A stretch of DNA of 64,000 nucleotides from Squalus acanthias. Lineage: Eukaryota. Below the pieces are notes generated by a model that ran no database searches, was not told where the DNA came from, and was given only the letters and a program-made list of their open reading frames with translations. This document shows, in pieces, positions 37,918 to 51,156 of the stretch. Within the stretch, counting starts at the first letter, position 1. Each line of letters opens with the position of its first letter. Location: contig CM059432.1 in assembly GCA_030390025.1 (NCBI GenBank), positions 19,718,001-19,782,000 of the forward strand. Direction: 5' to 3'. The position numbers and the translations under genes were made by a program.

Positions 37918-38335
37918 TGGGTTCGAGTCTCACTCCAGGGACTTGAGCACAAAAATCTAGGCTGTCACTCCAGTGCAGTGCTGAGGGAGTGCTGCACTGT
38001 CGGAGGTGCCGTCTTTTGGATGAGATGTTAAACCGAGGCCCCGTCTGCTCTCTCGGGTGGATGTAAAAGATCCCATGGCACTATTTTGAAGAGGAGCAGG
38101 GGAGTTATCCCCGGTGTCCTGGACGATATTTATCCTTCAATAAACATCATTAAAACAGATTATCTGGTCATTATCACATTGCTGTTTGTGGGAGCTTGCT
38201 GTGCGCAAATTGGCTGCCGCCTTTCCTACATTACAACAGTGGCTACACTTCAAAAAGTACTTCATTGGCTGTAAAGCACTTTAGGACGTCCGATGGTTGT
38301 GAAAGGCGCTATATAAATGCAAGTCTTTCTTTCTT
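37918..38335 (+). mobile_element. SacSINE1/Deu-type SINE
   Basis: B-box GGTTCGAGTC, central domain and L2-like tail GGCGCTATATAAATGCAAGTCTTTC. Confidence 0.85.
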
Positions 38336-38344
38336 TTTAAAGTG

Positions 38345-38765
38345 TCTTCACTAGAGTTTAGAAGAATGAGAGTGGATCTCATTGAAACGTATAAAATATT
38401 GACAGGGCTAGACAGACTGGATGCAGGGAGGATGTTTCCCCTGGCTGGGGGGTCTAGAACGAGGGGTCACAGTCTCAGGATATGGGGTAGGACAATTAGG
38501 ACTGAGATGAGGAGAAATTTCTTCACTCAGAGGGTGGTGAACCTGTGGAATTCTCTACCACAGAAGGCTGTGGAGGCCAAGTCACTGAATATATTTAAGA
38601 AGGAGATAGATAGATTTCTAGACACAAAAGGCATCAAGGGGTATGGGGAGAGAGCAGGAATATGGTATTGAGATAGAGGATCAGCCATGATCATATTGAA
38701 TGGCGGAGCAGGCTCGAAGGGCCGAATGGCCTACTCCTTCTCCTATTTTTCTATGTTTCTATGTT
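38345..38765 (+). mobile_element. CR1 LINE 3' fragment
   Basis: SLEFRRMRVDLIETYKIL..WNSLPQKAVEA; CTATGTTTCTATG tail. Confidence 0.92.
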
Positions 38766-40146
38766 CATAAGTGGAAGGATAAAAATTGAAGCGTCAAAAA
38801 TTGGAAGGATGAAAATTGGGAGGCAAGGAAGTTATAGAGTGCAGCAATCCAACAGCTCTAAACACAGATTAAGTATCTCCCTGTAGTGACAAGTTGGTAT
38901 TTGCATATGGTTATATGAGTGAATGGGCAGCACCAGGACACCAATGATCTTTGTATTCACTAAATTGGCATATTTAAAACTGTGTGACAGAGGCATAAAT
39001 CCACAAAAATACACATTTTTCATATTTTCTATTGCATTAACTTTTATCTTTGAAACAAGACTGGCCTTGTTTTTAATTGACACCAAGAGCTTCAGTCAAT
39101 CTCCTATTGGCAAGTGAACATTTCGCGCACAGGCTAGAAAGTAAAGTCAATCTTTCCGAGGTAGCATGGGGTCAGGGTACTGTTAAAAATAAGAGCTTAG
39201 TTTATGGAAATATTGAAAAGTCTCAATCACAGTAGTCATTAAAATTAAAACCACAGGCTAAGCGATAATAAAGAGAAGGATGAGAGCAAACTGCTGTTAA
39301 ATTGATGCTGGGTTGGATGACTGATCAGCCAAGCTTCCCCTGTCTTTTAGATCATATCAAGTAATGCACATGTAATCTATGATTGCTGTTGCAATGCACC
39401 ACAAAGGTTTTCAAATTTTAAGTGTGTGGCTATCTTGAGGGCACCGACATGTTGTGGACTGAGATTAATAGCATGCGCACAGACGTAGCGATGTGCGATT
39501 TATAGCTCGGTCTCCTAATGCTGCTGTGATCCTGCTTTATTTCAAGTATATTGCCTCTTTACACAATAAAATACCAGATCCCTCAAGATTTCTGGTGCAC
39601 TGACAGTGTGTAATGAAAATTTATGGTTTATCATAAATGTGTGCAACTTGCTCATATTCAGAAATGGCCCATAAAACTTGATTTTAATGACATCCTCTAA
39701 AAGTGTCATAAGACAGCAGTGTTTAATGAACAAGAGACTCAGGGATGTTAAAAAAAAAAAGTTTTTGGGGAGCCTCGTTTGACCGCAGTTGCCATTAAAT
39801 ACAATGTCATAACTGCCGCGGAGGCAGGTCCCTCAGCTGGAAAGGCAGTCAATTAAAAAACAAATGTTTAGAGTGTCACAGAGTGTTGGATCCCATGCCA
39901 GAAGCTATTGGTTTTCCACAAGTTGATTTCAGAGATCTCAGTAAAAACACCAAATGGAGGTATGGTTCTTTGCGGAAGGAGATAAGATCTGAGGGCCATT
40001 CCCGCTGGGGCATTCTTACACATCTTCGGTTGGCCAGCCATGCCTCTCACCAGAGTGAAGATACCTCGGGCGATATCTTCCGAGACCTGGCTCCACTGGC
40101 AAGTCCTCAAAAGCAGCAGGCAGCCTCTCGACCACAGGCACCAGAA

Positions 40147-41500
40147 TAACAACAACAACAACTACTTGTATTTATATAGCACCTTTAACGTAGTAAAACG
40201 TTCCAAGGCGCTTCACAGGAGTGTTACAAGACAAAACATTTGACACCGAGCCACATAAGGAGAAGTTAGGGCAGATGACCAAAAGCTTGGTCAAAGAGGT
40301 AGGTTTTAAGGAGCGTCTTAAAGGAGGAAAGAGAGGTAGAGAGTCGGAGAGGTTTAGGCGGGGAATTCCAGAGCTCAGGACCGAGGCAACAGAAGGCACG
40401 GTCACCAATGGTGGAGCGATTATAATCAGGGATGCTCAAGAGGGCAGAATTAGAGGAGCGCAGATATCTCGGGGGGTTGTGGGGCTGAAGGAGATTACAG
40501 AGATAGGGAGGAGAGAGGCCATGGAGGGATTTGAAAACAAGGATGAGAATTTTGAAATCGAGGGTGATGGGTGAACGGGACTTGTTGCGAGTTAGGACAT
40601 GGGCAGCCGCGTTTTGGATGACCTCAAGTTTACGTAGGGTAGAACGAGGGAGGCCAGCCAGGAGTGCGCTGGAATAGTCAAGTCTAGAGGTAACAAAGAC
40701 ATGGATGAGGGTTTCAGCAGCGGATGATCTGAGGCAAGGGCAGAGACGGGCGATGTTACGGAGGTGGAAATAGGCAGTCTTAGTTATGCCACAGATATGT
40801 GGTTGGAAGCTCATTTCAGGGTCAAATATGACACCAAGGTTGCGAACAGTGTGGTTCAGCCTCAGACAGATGTTAGGGAGAGGGATGGAGTCAGTGGCTA
40901 AGGAACGGAGTTTGTGGCGGGGACCGAAAACAATGGCTTCGGTCTTCCCAATATTTAATTGGAGTAAATTTCGGCTCATTCAGAACTGGATGTCGGACAA
41001 GCAGTCTGACAGTTTAGAGACCGTGGAGGGGTCGAGGGAAGTGGTGGTGAGGTAGAGCTGGGTGTCGTCAGCATACATGTGGAAACTGACGCTGTGTTTT
41101 CAGATGATGTCGCCAGGGGTCAGCATGTAGATGAGAAATAGGAGGGGGCCAAGGATAGATCCTTGGGGGGCACCAGAGGTAACAATGCCAGAGCGGGAAA
41201 AGAAGCCATTGCAGGTGATTCTCTGGCTACGATTAGATGGATAAGAATGGAACCAGGCGAGTGCAGTCCCACCCAGCTGGATGATGATGGAGAGGCGTTG
41301 CAGAAGGATGGAGTAGTCAACCGTGTCAAAGGCTGCAGACAAGTCAAGAAGGATGAGGAGGGATAGTTTACCTTTGTCACAGTCACATAGGATGTCATTT
41401 GTGACTTTGATGAGAGCTGTTTCGGTACTGTGGCAGGGGCGGAAACCTGATTGGAGGGATTCAAACATGGAGTTGCAGGAAAGATGGGCACGGATTTGGG
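40147..41500 (-). mobile_element. L2 LINE 3' portion
   Basis: QSGFRPCHSTETAL, LLDLSAAFDTVD, GAPQGSILGPLLF and SRLDYSSALL; (AAC)n tail. Confidence 0.93.
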
Positions 41501-41617
41501 ATAAATAACAGAAATTTGCATTTATATAGCACCTTTATCGCAGAAAATAGTCCCAAGCTGATTCACAGCAGCGTAATCAGGCAAACTATAGACACCGAGC
41601 CAAAGAAGGAGATATTA

Positions 41618-43092
41618 AACATAGAAACATAGAAGATAGGAGCAGGAGTAGGCCATTCAGCCCCTCGAGCCTGCTCCGCCATTCAATGAGATCATGGCTG
41701 ATCATCCAAATTCAGTACCCTGTCCCTGCCTTCTCCCCATATCCCTTGATCCCTTTAGCTTTAAGAAATATATCTAACTCCTTCTTGAATATATTTAATG
41801 AATTGGTCTCTACTGCCTTCTGTGGTAGAGAATTCCACAGGTTCACCACTCTCTGGGTGAAGAAATTCCTCCCCATCTCAGTCCTAAATGGCTTACCCCT
41901 TATCCTTAGGCTGTGACCCCTGGTTCTGGACTCCCCGGCCATCGGGAACATCCTTCCTGCATCTAGTCTGTCTAGTCCTGTTAGAATTTTATAAGTTTCA
42001 ATGAGATCCCCTCTCATTCTTCTAAACTCCAGCGAGTATAAGCCCAATCGACCCAATCTCTCCTCATACGTCATTCCTGCCATCCCAGGTATCAGCCTGG
42101 TGAATCTTCGCTGCACTCCCTCCATGGCAAGAACATCCTTCCTCAGATAAGGCGACCAAAACTGCACACAATACTCAGGATGTGGTCTCACCAAGGCCCT
42201 GTACAACTGCAGCAAGACATCCTTGTTCCTGTACTCGAACCCTTTCGCTACGAAGGCCAACATACCATTTGCCTTCTTAACCGCCTGCTGCACCTGCATG
42301 CTTACCTTCAGCGACTGGTGCACAAGGACACCCAGGTCTCGTTGCACGTCCCCTTCTCCCAATCTATTGCCATTCAGATAATAATCTGCCTTCCTGTTTT
42401 TGACACCAAAGTGGATAACCTCGCATTTATCCACATTATATTGCATCTGCCATGCTTCTGCCCAATCATCCAACCTGTCCAAATCATACTGGAGTTTCTC
42501 GGCATCCTCCTCATGGCACACACTCCCACCCAGCTTTGTGTCATCTGCAAACTTGGAGATATTACATCCAATTCCCTCGTCTAGATCATTAATATATATT
42601 GTGAATAGCTAGGGTCCTAGGACCGATCCCTGCGGTACCCCACTAGTCACTGCCTGCCACTCGGAAAAAGACCCATTTATTCCAACTCTTTGCTTTCTGT
42701 CTGCCAACCAGTTCTCTATCCAAGTCAATACCTTGCCCCCAATCCCATGTGCCTTAACTTTACACGCTAATCTCTCATGCGGGACCTTATCGAAAGCCTT
42801 CTGAAAGTCCAAATACACCACATCCACTGGTTCTCCCTTATCTATTTTATCAGTTACATCCTCAAAAAATTCCAGTAGATTAGTCAAGCATGATTTACCT
42901 TTTGTAAATCCATGTTGACTTTGTCCAATCCTGTCACTGTTTTCCAAGTGCTCTGCTATTACATCTTTTATAATGGACTCTAGCATTTCCCCACTACCGA
43001 TGTCAGGCTTACCGGTCTATAATTCCCCGTTTTCTCTCTAGCACCTTTTTTGAATAGTGGGGTTACATTAGCTACCCTCCAATCCATGGGTA
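41618..43092 (-). mobile_element. CR1 LINE, 5'-truncated, inserted in an L2 3' end (41512-43200)
   Basis: QHGFTKGKSCLTNL, YLDFQKAFDKV and GVPQGSVLGP through to the 3' UTR; TSD GAGATATTA at 41609-41617 and 43098-43106. Confidence 0.93.
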
Positions 43093-43847
43093 AGTAAGAG
43101 ATATTAGGACTGAAAGCTTGGTTAAACAAGGTCTTAAGGAGGGTAGAGTGAGTTGGAAAAGTTTAGGGAGAGAATTCCAGAGCTTAGGGCCTAACGGCTG
43201 AAAAATGATAAGGGCATGACCCTGATATTTCATCCATTGAAATTGACAAATGGAATATCGCAGGCAAGGACTCACGATTTTATAATAGGCTGCCGACTGC
43301 CGGGGGTGCAGGGTGCCTGAAAATTTCAGCCATGGTTAAAGAACAAGTATAGATGGGAAAAGGGAGAAAAATGAAGATTGAGAGTGGAAATGAAGGAGGT
43401 TTTCAAAATAGAGAATTAAGGGACAGAAGAACAAAACCAACAGAACTCAAAACAAGTCTAAGAGAATTTTTTTTCCCAGACTAGTGGGTTTGTGAAAAAT
43501 AGCTTTCAAGTAATGAATAGAAAATTGTCGTGCGCTCCTCCCTGCCAGATATTCCTGATTCACTGCTCCTGGGTTATCCAATTGTCCAAGGCGCAGGAAC
43601 AGGATCATCTGTCCCACAGTAATAGTTTTTAATTTTCTGAAGTTATATAATGATGCTAACTATACTTCTATGTGTATGCTTTTTGAAATTTACCTCTGAA
43701 ACTAAATGGGTCTATTTTTAATCATCTTTTCCAGTGTTGTCTTTTTTCCTCCAATATATATTGTATATAAAAATACAAGCCTACACTATGTTGCTTGTTT
43801 ATCCTCTTTTGCTCAGCTCCCTCCTTCAGGAATCTTCTGCTCGATAT

Positions 43848-45481
43848 GGGGCCAGATTTTCCGACCCCCACGGGTGTGTACGAGCTGTGTACGCACCCGT
43901 AGGGGCCGCGCAAGTGTCGGGTTTAGGCATGCGAAGCGCATGCGCTGAAAACCGGCACTTGCGATCTGTCAAGAATCCTCTTGACCGATCACATGCATGT
44001 CCCGGAGATGGGCCTCTGTGGGCAGGGAGTTGCACTTTCTGCACAACTTCCTCCCGCTGAAAGCCTTTAAAAATCTTACGCCTGGTAAAAGCAGGCATAA
44101 GGCCTGCTTTTACCAGCATAAGATTTTTTTTAAAATTTAAAAAATAAAAAATTTCACTCATTTATAATTTTAAAATACTTTTAAAAAAGGTAAGTTTATT
44201 TTTAGCCCCGTAAGAAACATTGAGGGAGAAATTCGGTATCACCCCGTTTAGGGCGCAATTATCAGCTGGGCGCAAAGTTTAGCGCCTGGCGCTAATTATC
44301 GCCTCCGACTGCAAACTTGGCTTCTATCGCCCCTGGAGGTGATTGGAGTGCTAAATCAGGCGCTACACACCTCTCTTAAGGCGCTAACGCCGAGGAGTGA
44401 GGCGCTAACTCAGAGCGCTGGCGAAGCTCATGTGCTGTCAGTCAGCAATGGAACAAAGACTCACTGGCGCCGGCCACTTCTTAAAGGGGAGGGTCGATCT
44501 TGCTCTCCATCCACACCCTGCTCATTGCAGCCATGAATCTCGCCTGGAGAGACCCGTACATCAAATCTGCTGGAAAGAACAATGGAGAGACCCAGGGAAA
44601 GAGCTCAGAGTGCAGCCCCATAGTCTCTTCTAAATCGATGCAAGGAAGGTCAAATCAAAATGAACCTGCAAAGTGCTGCTCAGTACCCAAAACTCCTTCA
44701 CACAGCGTTGAATCTCTCCAGAAGTCTCTCTCTCTCTCTCTCAGAATGCGTGGTGCAAAAATGTCACCAACAAAAAAAGGTAGGAAGTGGTCGCCTTTAA
44801 ATAGCGCTCTCCCAGTCCCTTCTGACTGCAAAACGCTCCCCTCAACCTGTCGTTGCTAGCGGCAGGCGGTAAGGCAGGGGGCACCACTCAATATTCGGTC
44901 CGGGGTGCAACTGGGGCGCTGCACGCTCGACTGACTGTCACGATCTGCGGGCGCAGGAGATCGTGGCGGTAGTGTTTAGCGCCACTGCAAAATGTCTGGT
45001 CAATTTCGCGAGCGGCGCAAACATCGGCATGCCCTGGGTGCTAGTTGCTTTGCGCCTCATTAGCGCCCTCTTAGGGAGCTAACGGGAGGCGCAAAGCAAC
45101 CGAATTTTTCCCCCATTAATTATTTTTTCAAAAAATTATATTTTTGTTTAAAATATTTAATTTAATATAATTTTAACTAATTTTAAAAGTGATTTAAAAA
45201 AAAATTATTTAATGTTCAACTGTGTTTTTAATGTCATACAGACCTGTCAAAAGCGTGAAGGGGGATTCCCTTCTTTGATTGGTTCCCCATGGCCCACGTG
45301 ATCCCAAGGACACTTGTGAACCGCATACGCTCCTGGGATATCTGGGCCTCTGCGCATTTCATAGTGGAGAGGCCCAGCACCGGAAGTCTCGGGACCTACG
45401 GAGCCAGCAGGTAAGTGTGTAGATTTTTTCCGATTGGAGGCATCCACCCGCAGGAAGCCTCCAATCGGAAATTCAGGCCCC
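43848..45481 (+). mobile_element. Harbinger-type MITE (family A-related) containing a nested MITE
   Basis: TIRs GGGGCCAGATTTTCCGA and TCGGAAATTCAGGCCCC. Confidence 0.82.
44222..45114. mobile_element. Harbinger MITE related to the element at 1-2944
   Basis: ATT TSD; TIRs GAGGGAGAAATTCGGT and ACCGAATTTTTCCCCC; repeated TTAGCGCC/GGCGCTAA. Confidence 0.88.
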
Positions 45482-45569
45482 ATTGTGTGGTCAATTATTG
45501 AAGTGACTGCTTCCAATGGGTGGGAGTCAGGTGGAGTGAACCCACTGCCCACATGATGCAAGCAATCGG

Positions 45570-47480
45570 AGGCCAGAAGAGAGGATAAAACCCCTGGTCT
45601 GGATGGATTGCATCCGTTCATATTAAAAGAAGTTAGGTAAGAGATAGCAGAGGCAATGTTGCATATATATAAAAATTTATTGAAAAAGGAAATAGTGTCA
45701 GATGACTGGTGGACAAGCTAATGTGATTCCTATATTTAAAAAGGGAGATAGAACAAGTCCAGGGAACTATACATCAATTAGCTTAATGTCGGTGGTAGGA
45801 AAAATAATGGAAACCTTACTCAAAGATGTAATAGAAAAACATCTAGAAACTGAAAATACACCAAAGAGTAGTCAGCACAGATTTCAAAAGGGAAGGTCAT
45901 GCTTAACCAACCTTATTGAATTCTTTGAAGAAGTAACAGAAAGAATAGATAAGGGTAATACAGTAGACGTAATATATTTGGATTTTCAAAAGGCCTTCGA
46001 TACAGTACCACATAGTAGACTCATGACTAAGGTTAGAATATGTGGAGTCAGGGGACAAGTAGCAGAATGGATAGCAAGCTGGCTATAAAGCAGAAAACAG
46101 ACAGTAGGGGTTAAAGGTAGTTACTCAAACAGGCAAAAGGTGGCAAGTGGTGTTCCACAAGGATTGGTCCTGGGACCACTGTTGTTCACCATTTACATAA
46201 ACAATTTGGACTTGAGAATCAGAAGTACAATTTCAAAATTTGTGGATAATACCAAATTGGGGGGTGTAGTTAATACAGAGGAGGGCAGCAGCAAAGTGCA
46301 GGAAGACATTAATAAACTTGAAGAATGGGTGTGTGATTGGCAAATTAACGTCAATACAGATTAGTGTGAGGTGGTACATTTTGGAAGGAAGAATAAGGAG
46401 GCCACATACTGCTTGGAAAATAAGGGCTGGATTTTGATACTGGGGCGGGTTGGGGTCGTGTCATCCACTTTTCGTGTTATCCACCCGACTGCAATTGGAT
46501 GTGGGAGATTGATGCAATTTTCACCTAATTGGGCAATTCAGTTCCAGCATGTGGGAACCCATGAACCAATTAGTGTTTTTCATCTGAAAGTCGCCTTTGA
46601 TGATGTCATCATTGCTGCTGCATTGAAGGTCTTCAAAGACTGCCTGGCCTTTGCTGTGAGAGGACCTGCAAAATAAGCAGCAGCAGCCCTAAGTCTGCTC
46701 CCAGATATTTTTACACCACCACTCCCAGATATGTCTCCTCTCCATCCATCCATATATGCATCCCCATAGCCAGCCGTGCTCCCGCCATGTTTCATAATCG
46801 TGGTTCAGAACAGGCGAGCTTCATGTAGAACAAGGTTTAAAATCACAGAGGCCTTTCAAAATGGCATTATAGAGCCAATTTAGTGCTTGTTAAGGGCTTT
46901 AACAGCCTATCCCGCCTCTTAAAGGCGGGACAGAGTCGGGACCAGCAGACATGATTTAATGAAAATTTCATGGAGGTGGGATGGAGGCGGACTTGTGCCC
47001 GCCCGCCAGTTTTCACAATTTTAACCCCCACACGCCTCCAAACCCGCCTCCACGGGTCAATGAAAATCCAGCCCATAATGTCTAAATGGGGTAGAGGAAC
47101 AGAGTGATCTGGGGGTACAGATACACAAATCACTAAAAGTAGCGACACAGGTTAATAAGGCCATAAAAAAAGCAAGCAAAGCACTGGGGTTCATTTCTAG
47201 ATGGAAAGAATTGAAAATCAGAGAAGTTATATTGAACTTATATAGATCTTTGGTCAGACAACACTTGGAGTACTGTGAACAGTTCTGGTCTCCATATTAT
47301 AAAAAGGGTGTGGAGGCATTGGATAAGATGCAAAAAAGATTTACGAGAATGATACCAGAACTGAGCAGTTTTAACTATCAGGAAAGATTGAACAGGCTGG
47401 GGCTCTTTTCTCTAGAAAAGAGAAGACTGAGGGGTGACTTGATAGAGGTCTTTAAGATTATGAAAGCGTTTGATAGGGTA
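45570..47480 (+). mobile_element. CR1 LINE RT region interrupted by a MITE
   Basis: IPIFKKGDRTSPGNY, YLDFQKAFD, GVPQGLVLGP and RQHLEYCEQFWSP. Confidence 0.9.
46424..47074 (+). mobile_element. MITE derived from the 19943-22725 Harbinger family
   Basis: Both ~200-bp ends align by eye with the ends of 19943-22725. Confidence 0.88.
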
Positions 47481-48539
47481 GAGTTTTTGAAGATCATTGT
47501 GTTTTATCCTGTGGGTTCTGCATTCTAGAGTCATATAGAAAGTACATGAGTTGTTTGTGCTGATTGAAGCAAATGACTTTCTCCACAGAAAAATGTTGCA
47601 ATTATAACCTTTTCTTGAGTGTCCATTCAGAATGCTGCAGCGATGCAAGAGATTCATGTCGTCTATTGGGCTAAGCAACAATGTTGGAAAAAACTCATTA
47701 GTGTTGCTTCACGATGCATCATAATACATCAGTAAAGTTTGAACAATCATTTTAATTGGAAATTCTGTTAGGAATATAAAAAGTGACATTAATTGTATTG
47801 TCAGCAGCTAGCAATAAAACCTAGTCCAATTGTGATCCATAGCTCTAGCTGTTTGAGAAGCGTGACACACTGGATTAACTAAATTAATTGGATATAATGT
47901 TTGATTACTAGCAAACCTAAAGTTTTTAGTTCACTGCTGGTAATCATGTATTCGTGCTGAACCTAAATTGGAATGTGCAGTGTGGTATTAAGACTTCACA
48001 AAATATCCTGACCAGCTAGATTGCAATTTTCTGCCTTGTGGTTTCACAAAAGTGTTTTGGTAAAGATAGGAAATTATTGTACTTGCAGGCCATCGCCTGA
48101 ATTCTGCTTCTTCGAGCATTCTCTTCCCGCACCACCAATCAGTTTCAACCTGGTCACAAACTATCCCATGGCCTGTTCTTCATTCTCACACATCCAAAAG
48201 CCTCAAATGTGCAGTCACTGATCGAGACAGACAGGCTAGCAGTCTGGTTTTCACGTAAGGACGCCTCAGTGGCTGGGTGTCATGTAATACCTGCACAATG
48301 AAGTGTGACAGATAAAACAGGGAACTGCAGGCTGCTTTTGACACTGTAAATTTCTCTGATTCCAGAAAGTAGCCGGTGTAAGTTAATGTTAGTAGGAAAT
48401 CTTCAGCAAGAGATGGTTGTTGATACTGGAAAACCAGGTACCAACTGAGGAGTGGCTGACGGATCGACTGCTGGTCTGAACATCTTTCATCATGTGCTAT
48501 TGTGGAAGATCCAATGAAAGTTTCACCTGGATTTCAGCT

Positions 48540-48950
48540 TTGCACTGGTTTATTCAAGAGACTTTTCAAGTTGTATGTCTGCTTTATCTCGCCAATCTCC
48601 TCCCATTCTCTCCTGAAGGTGCTGACTGATGCTGGAGCATGGTTGCATGGGCCCTGGTACCTTACTGAAGAAATCATTCTTCATGTGTGCGGCTAGACAA
48701 TGAGTGTGGGCAGGCTATTTAACAATCGAGGGATCACATCCAAACCCAATCGTGTCCTCACCAAATGTCCAGCATGATCATTGAGCAGAAGTCACTGGAT
48801 AGTGAGCATGAGCAGATGCTCTGAGTGGTATTCCCCTCCATAGCCCAGGGGTACTGGGGCAAATTGTAGTACCCCATTGGCATCCCAGCAGAGATCCTCC
48901 CTTCTTTGATCGGTATGGCTCAGTTTCCTCACTGTGCAGAAAATTTATGA
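48540..48950 (-). mobile_element. Old tRNA-derived SINE (LF-SINE-like); related pieces at 12690-12975
   Basis: TCTTCATGTG..GCAGGCTATTT is the reverse complement of AAATAGCCTGC..CACATGAAGA at ~12847-12888. Confidence 0.5.
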
Positions 48951-49237
48951 ATTAATCTAAATTAAACCATTGCCTTATTGATGTAGAGAGCATCTGAAAC
49001 CCAGTAGCTCAATTGGAGAGAAGCCTGGGAGTGTTTGTGACTATATTGGGCATTACTACACATCATAATCATATATGTTGCCTTATGCTATGTATTTTTC
49101 AGTATGTGTTCAATCGAGCATTGCTGCATATATGGGCTTTCAAATGAGCCAGTGCAAGAGAAAATATATTAAAACAATATGCCACTGAACAGCCTGTAAA
49201 AATCATCTTAATTATTACTATACATCACTAGCGCTCA

Positions 49238-50890
49238 TCAACAACAACAACAACTTGTATTTATATAGCACCTTTAATGTAGTAAAATGTCCCAAGGCGC
49301 TTCACAGGAATATTATAAGACAAAAAATTGACACCAAGCCACATAAGAAATTAGGGCAGGTGACCAAAAGCTTGGTCAGAGAGGTAGGTTTTAAGGAGCG
49401 TCTTAAAGGAGGAGAGAAAGGTCGAGAGGCGGAGAGGTTTAGGCAGGGAATTCCAGAGCTTAGGGCCTAGGCAACAGAAGGCACGGCCACCAATGGTGGA
49501 ACGATTATAATCACGGAATGCTCAAAAGGGCAGAATTGGAGGAGCGCAGATATCTCGGGGGGTTGTGGGGCTGAAAGAGATTACAGAGATAGGAAGGGGT
49601 GAGACTTTGGAGGGATTTGAAAAAAAGGATGAGAATTTTGAAATCGAGGTGTTGCTTGTATTCGCTAGAGTTAAGAAGAATGAGAGGGGATCTCATTGAA
49701 ACATATAAAATTCGAACAGGACTAGACAGACTAGATGCAGGAAGGATGTTCCTGACGGCGGGGGTGTCCAGAATCAGGGGTCTCAGTCTAAAGATAAGGG
49801 GTAAGCCATTTAGGACTGAGATGAGGAGGAATTTCTTCACCCAGAGAGTGGTGAACCTGTGGAATTCTCTACCACAGAAGACAGTTGAGTCCAACTCATT
49901 AAATATATTCAAGAAGGAGTTAGATATATTTCTTAAGGCTAAGGGGATCAAGGGATATGGGGAGAAAGCAGGGACAGGGTACTGAATTTGGATGATCAGC
50001 CATGATCGCATTGAATGGCAGAGCAGGCTCGAGGGGCCGAATGGCCTACTCCTGCTCCTATCTTCTATGTTTCTATGTTAACTGGGAGCCAATGCGAGCA
50101 CAGGGGTGATGGGTGAGCAGGACTTGGTGTGAGTTAGGACACGGGCAATGTTATGGAGGTGGAAATAGGCGGTCTTAGTTATGCCATTGATGTTGTTGGA
50201 AGCTTATTTCAGGGTCAAATATGACACCAAGGTTGCGAACAGTCTGGTTCAGCCTCAGGCAGATGCTAGGGAGAGGGATGGAGTCGGTGGCTAGGGAACA
50301 GAGTTTGTGGCAGGGCCCAAAGACAATGGCTTCGGTCTTCCCAATATTTAATTGGAGAAAATTTCTGCTCATCCAGTACTGGATGTCGGACAAGCAGTGT
50401 GTCAATTTAGAGACCGTGGAGAGAAGTGGGGGTGAGGTAGAGCTGGGTGTCGTCAGTATACATGTGGAAACTGACGCTGTGTTTTCGGATGATGTCGCCA
50501 AGGGGCAGCATATAGTTGAGAAATAGTAGGGGGTCGATGATAGATCCTTGGGTGGACCCCAGAGGTAACGATGCGGGAGCGGGAAGAGAAGCCGTTGCAG
50601 GTGATTTTCTGGCTACGATTAGCTAGATAAGAATGGAACCAGGCGAGTGCAGTCCCACCCAGCTGGACGACGGTGGAGAGGCGTTGGAGGGGACGGAGTG
50701 GTCAATCGTGTCAAAGGCTGCAGACTGGTCGAGAAGGATGAGGAGGGATAGTTTACCTTCGTCACAGTCACAAAGGATGTCATTTGTGACTTTGATGAGA
50801 GCCATTTCGGTACTGTGGCATGGGTGGAAATCGGATTGGAGGGATTCAAATATGGAGTTCCGGGAAAGAGGGGCATGGATTTGGGGGCGA
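49238..50890 (-). mobile_element. L2 LINE 3' portion with nested CR1
   Basis: (AAC)n tail; homologous to 40147-41500. Confidence 0.9.
49656..50077 (+). mobile_element. CR1 3' fragment nested in L2
   Basis: Near-identical to the reverse complement of 41618-42040. Confidence 0.9.
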
Positions 50891-51156
50891 CAACATGTTC
50901 ATCTGAGTTTACTACTTGAGTATTCCTGTCAGAACTAGGCAATGAAATTGCAGATGCGTCAGTAATTGAATTTCACATTTCGTTGTCAAGTCTCAATATT
51001 TTGAAATTGTCATGTCTGTAAACAGCCGTGAAGAATGTCACACTCCAATAAGAATACTGCCGCCAATCCTGCCATCCAATTGATGTGCTCACGTAATGAA
51101 TAGTAATGAAGTTGTGCTGCAGTAGTAAGTCTCCATGCCCATATCTGGCAAACAAA

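Noticed and set aside
37918..37945. tRNA gene (B-box GGTTCGAGTC; also 31314 and 59151)
   Set aside because: These are SINE heads that continue into SINE bodies; no cloverleaf.
41712..42986. Active CR1 reverse transcriptase
   Set aside because: 5'-truncated, with a stop near 42609 splitting the RT.
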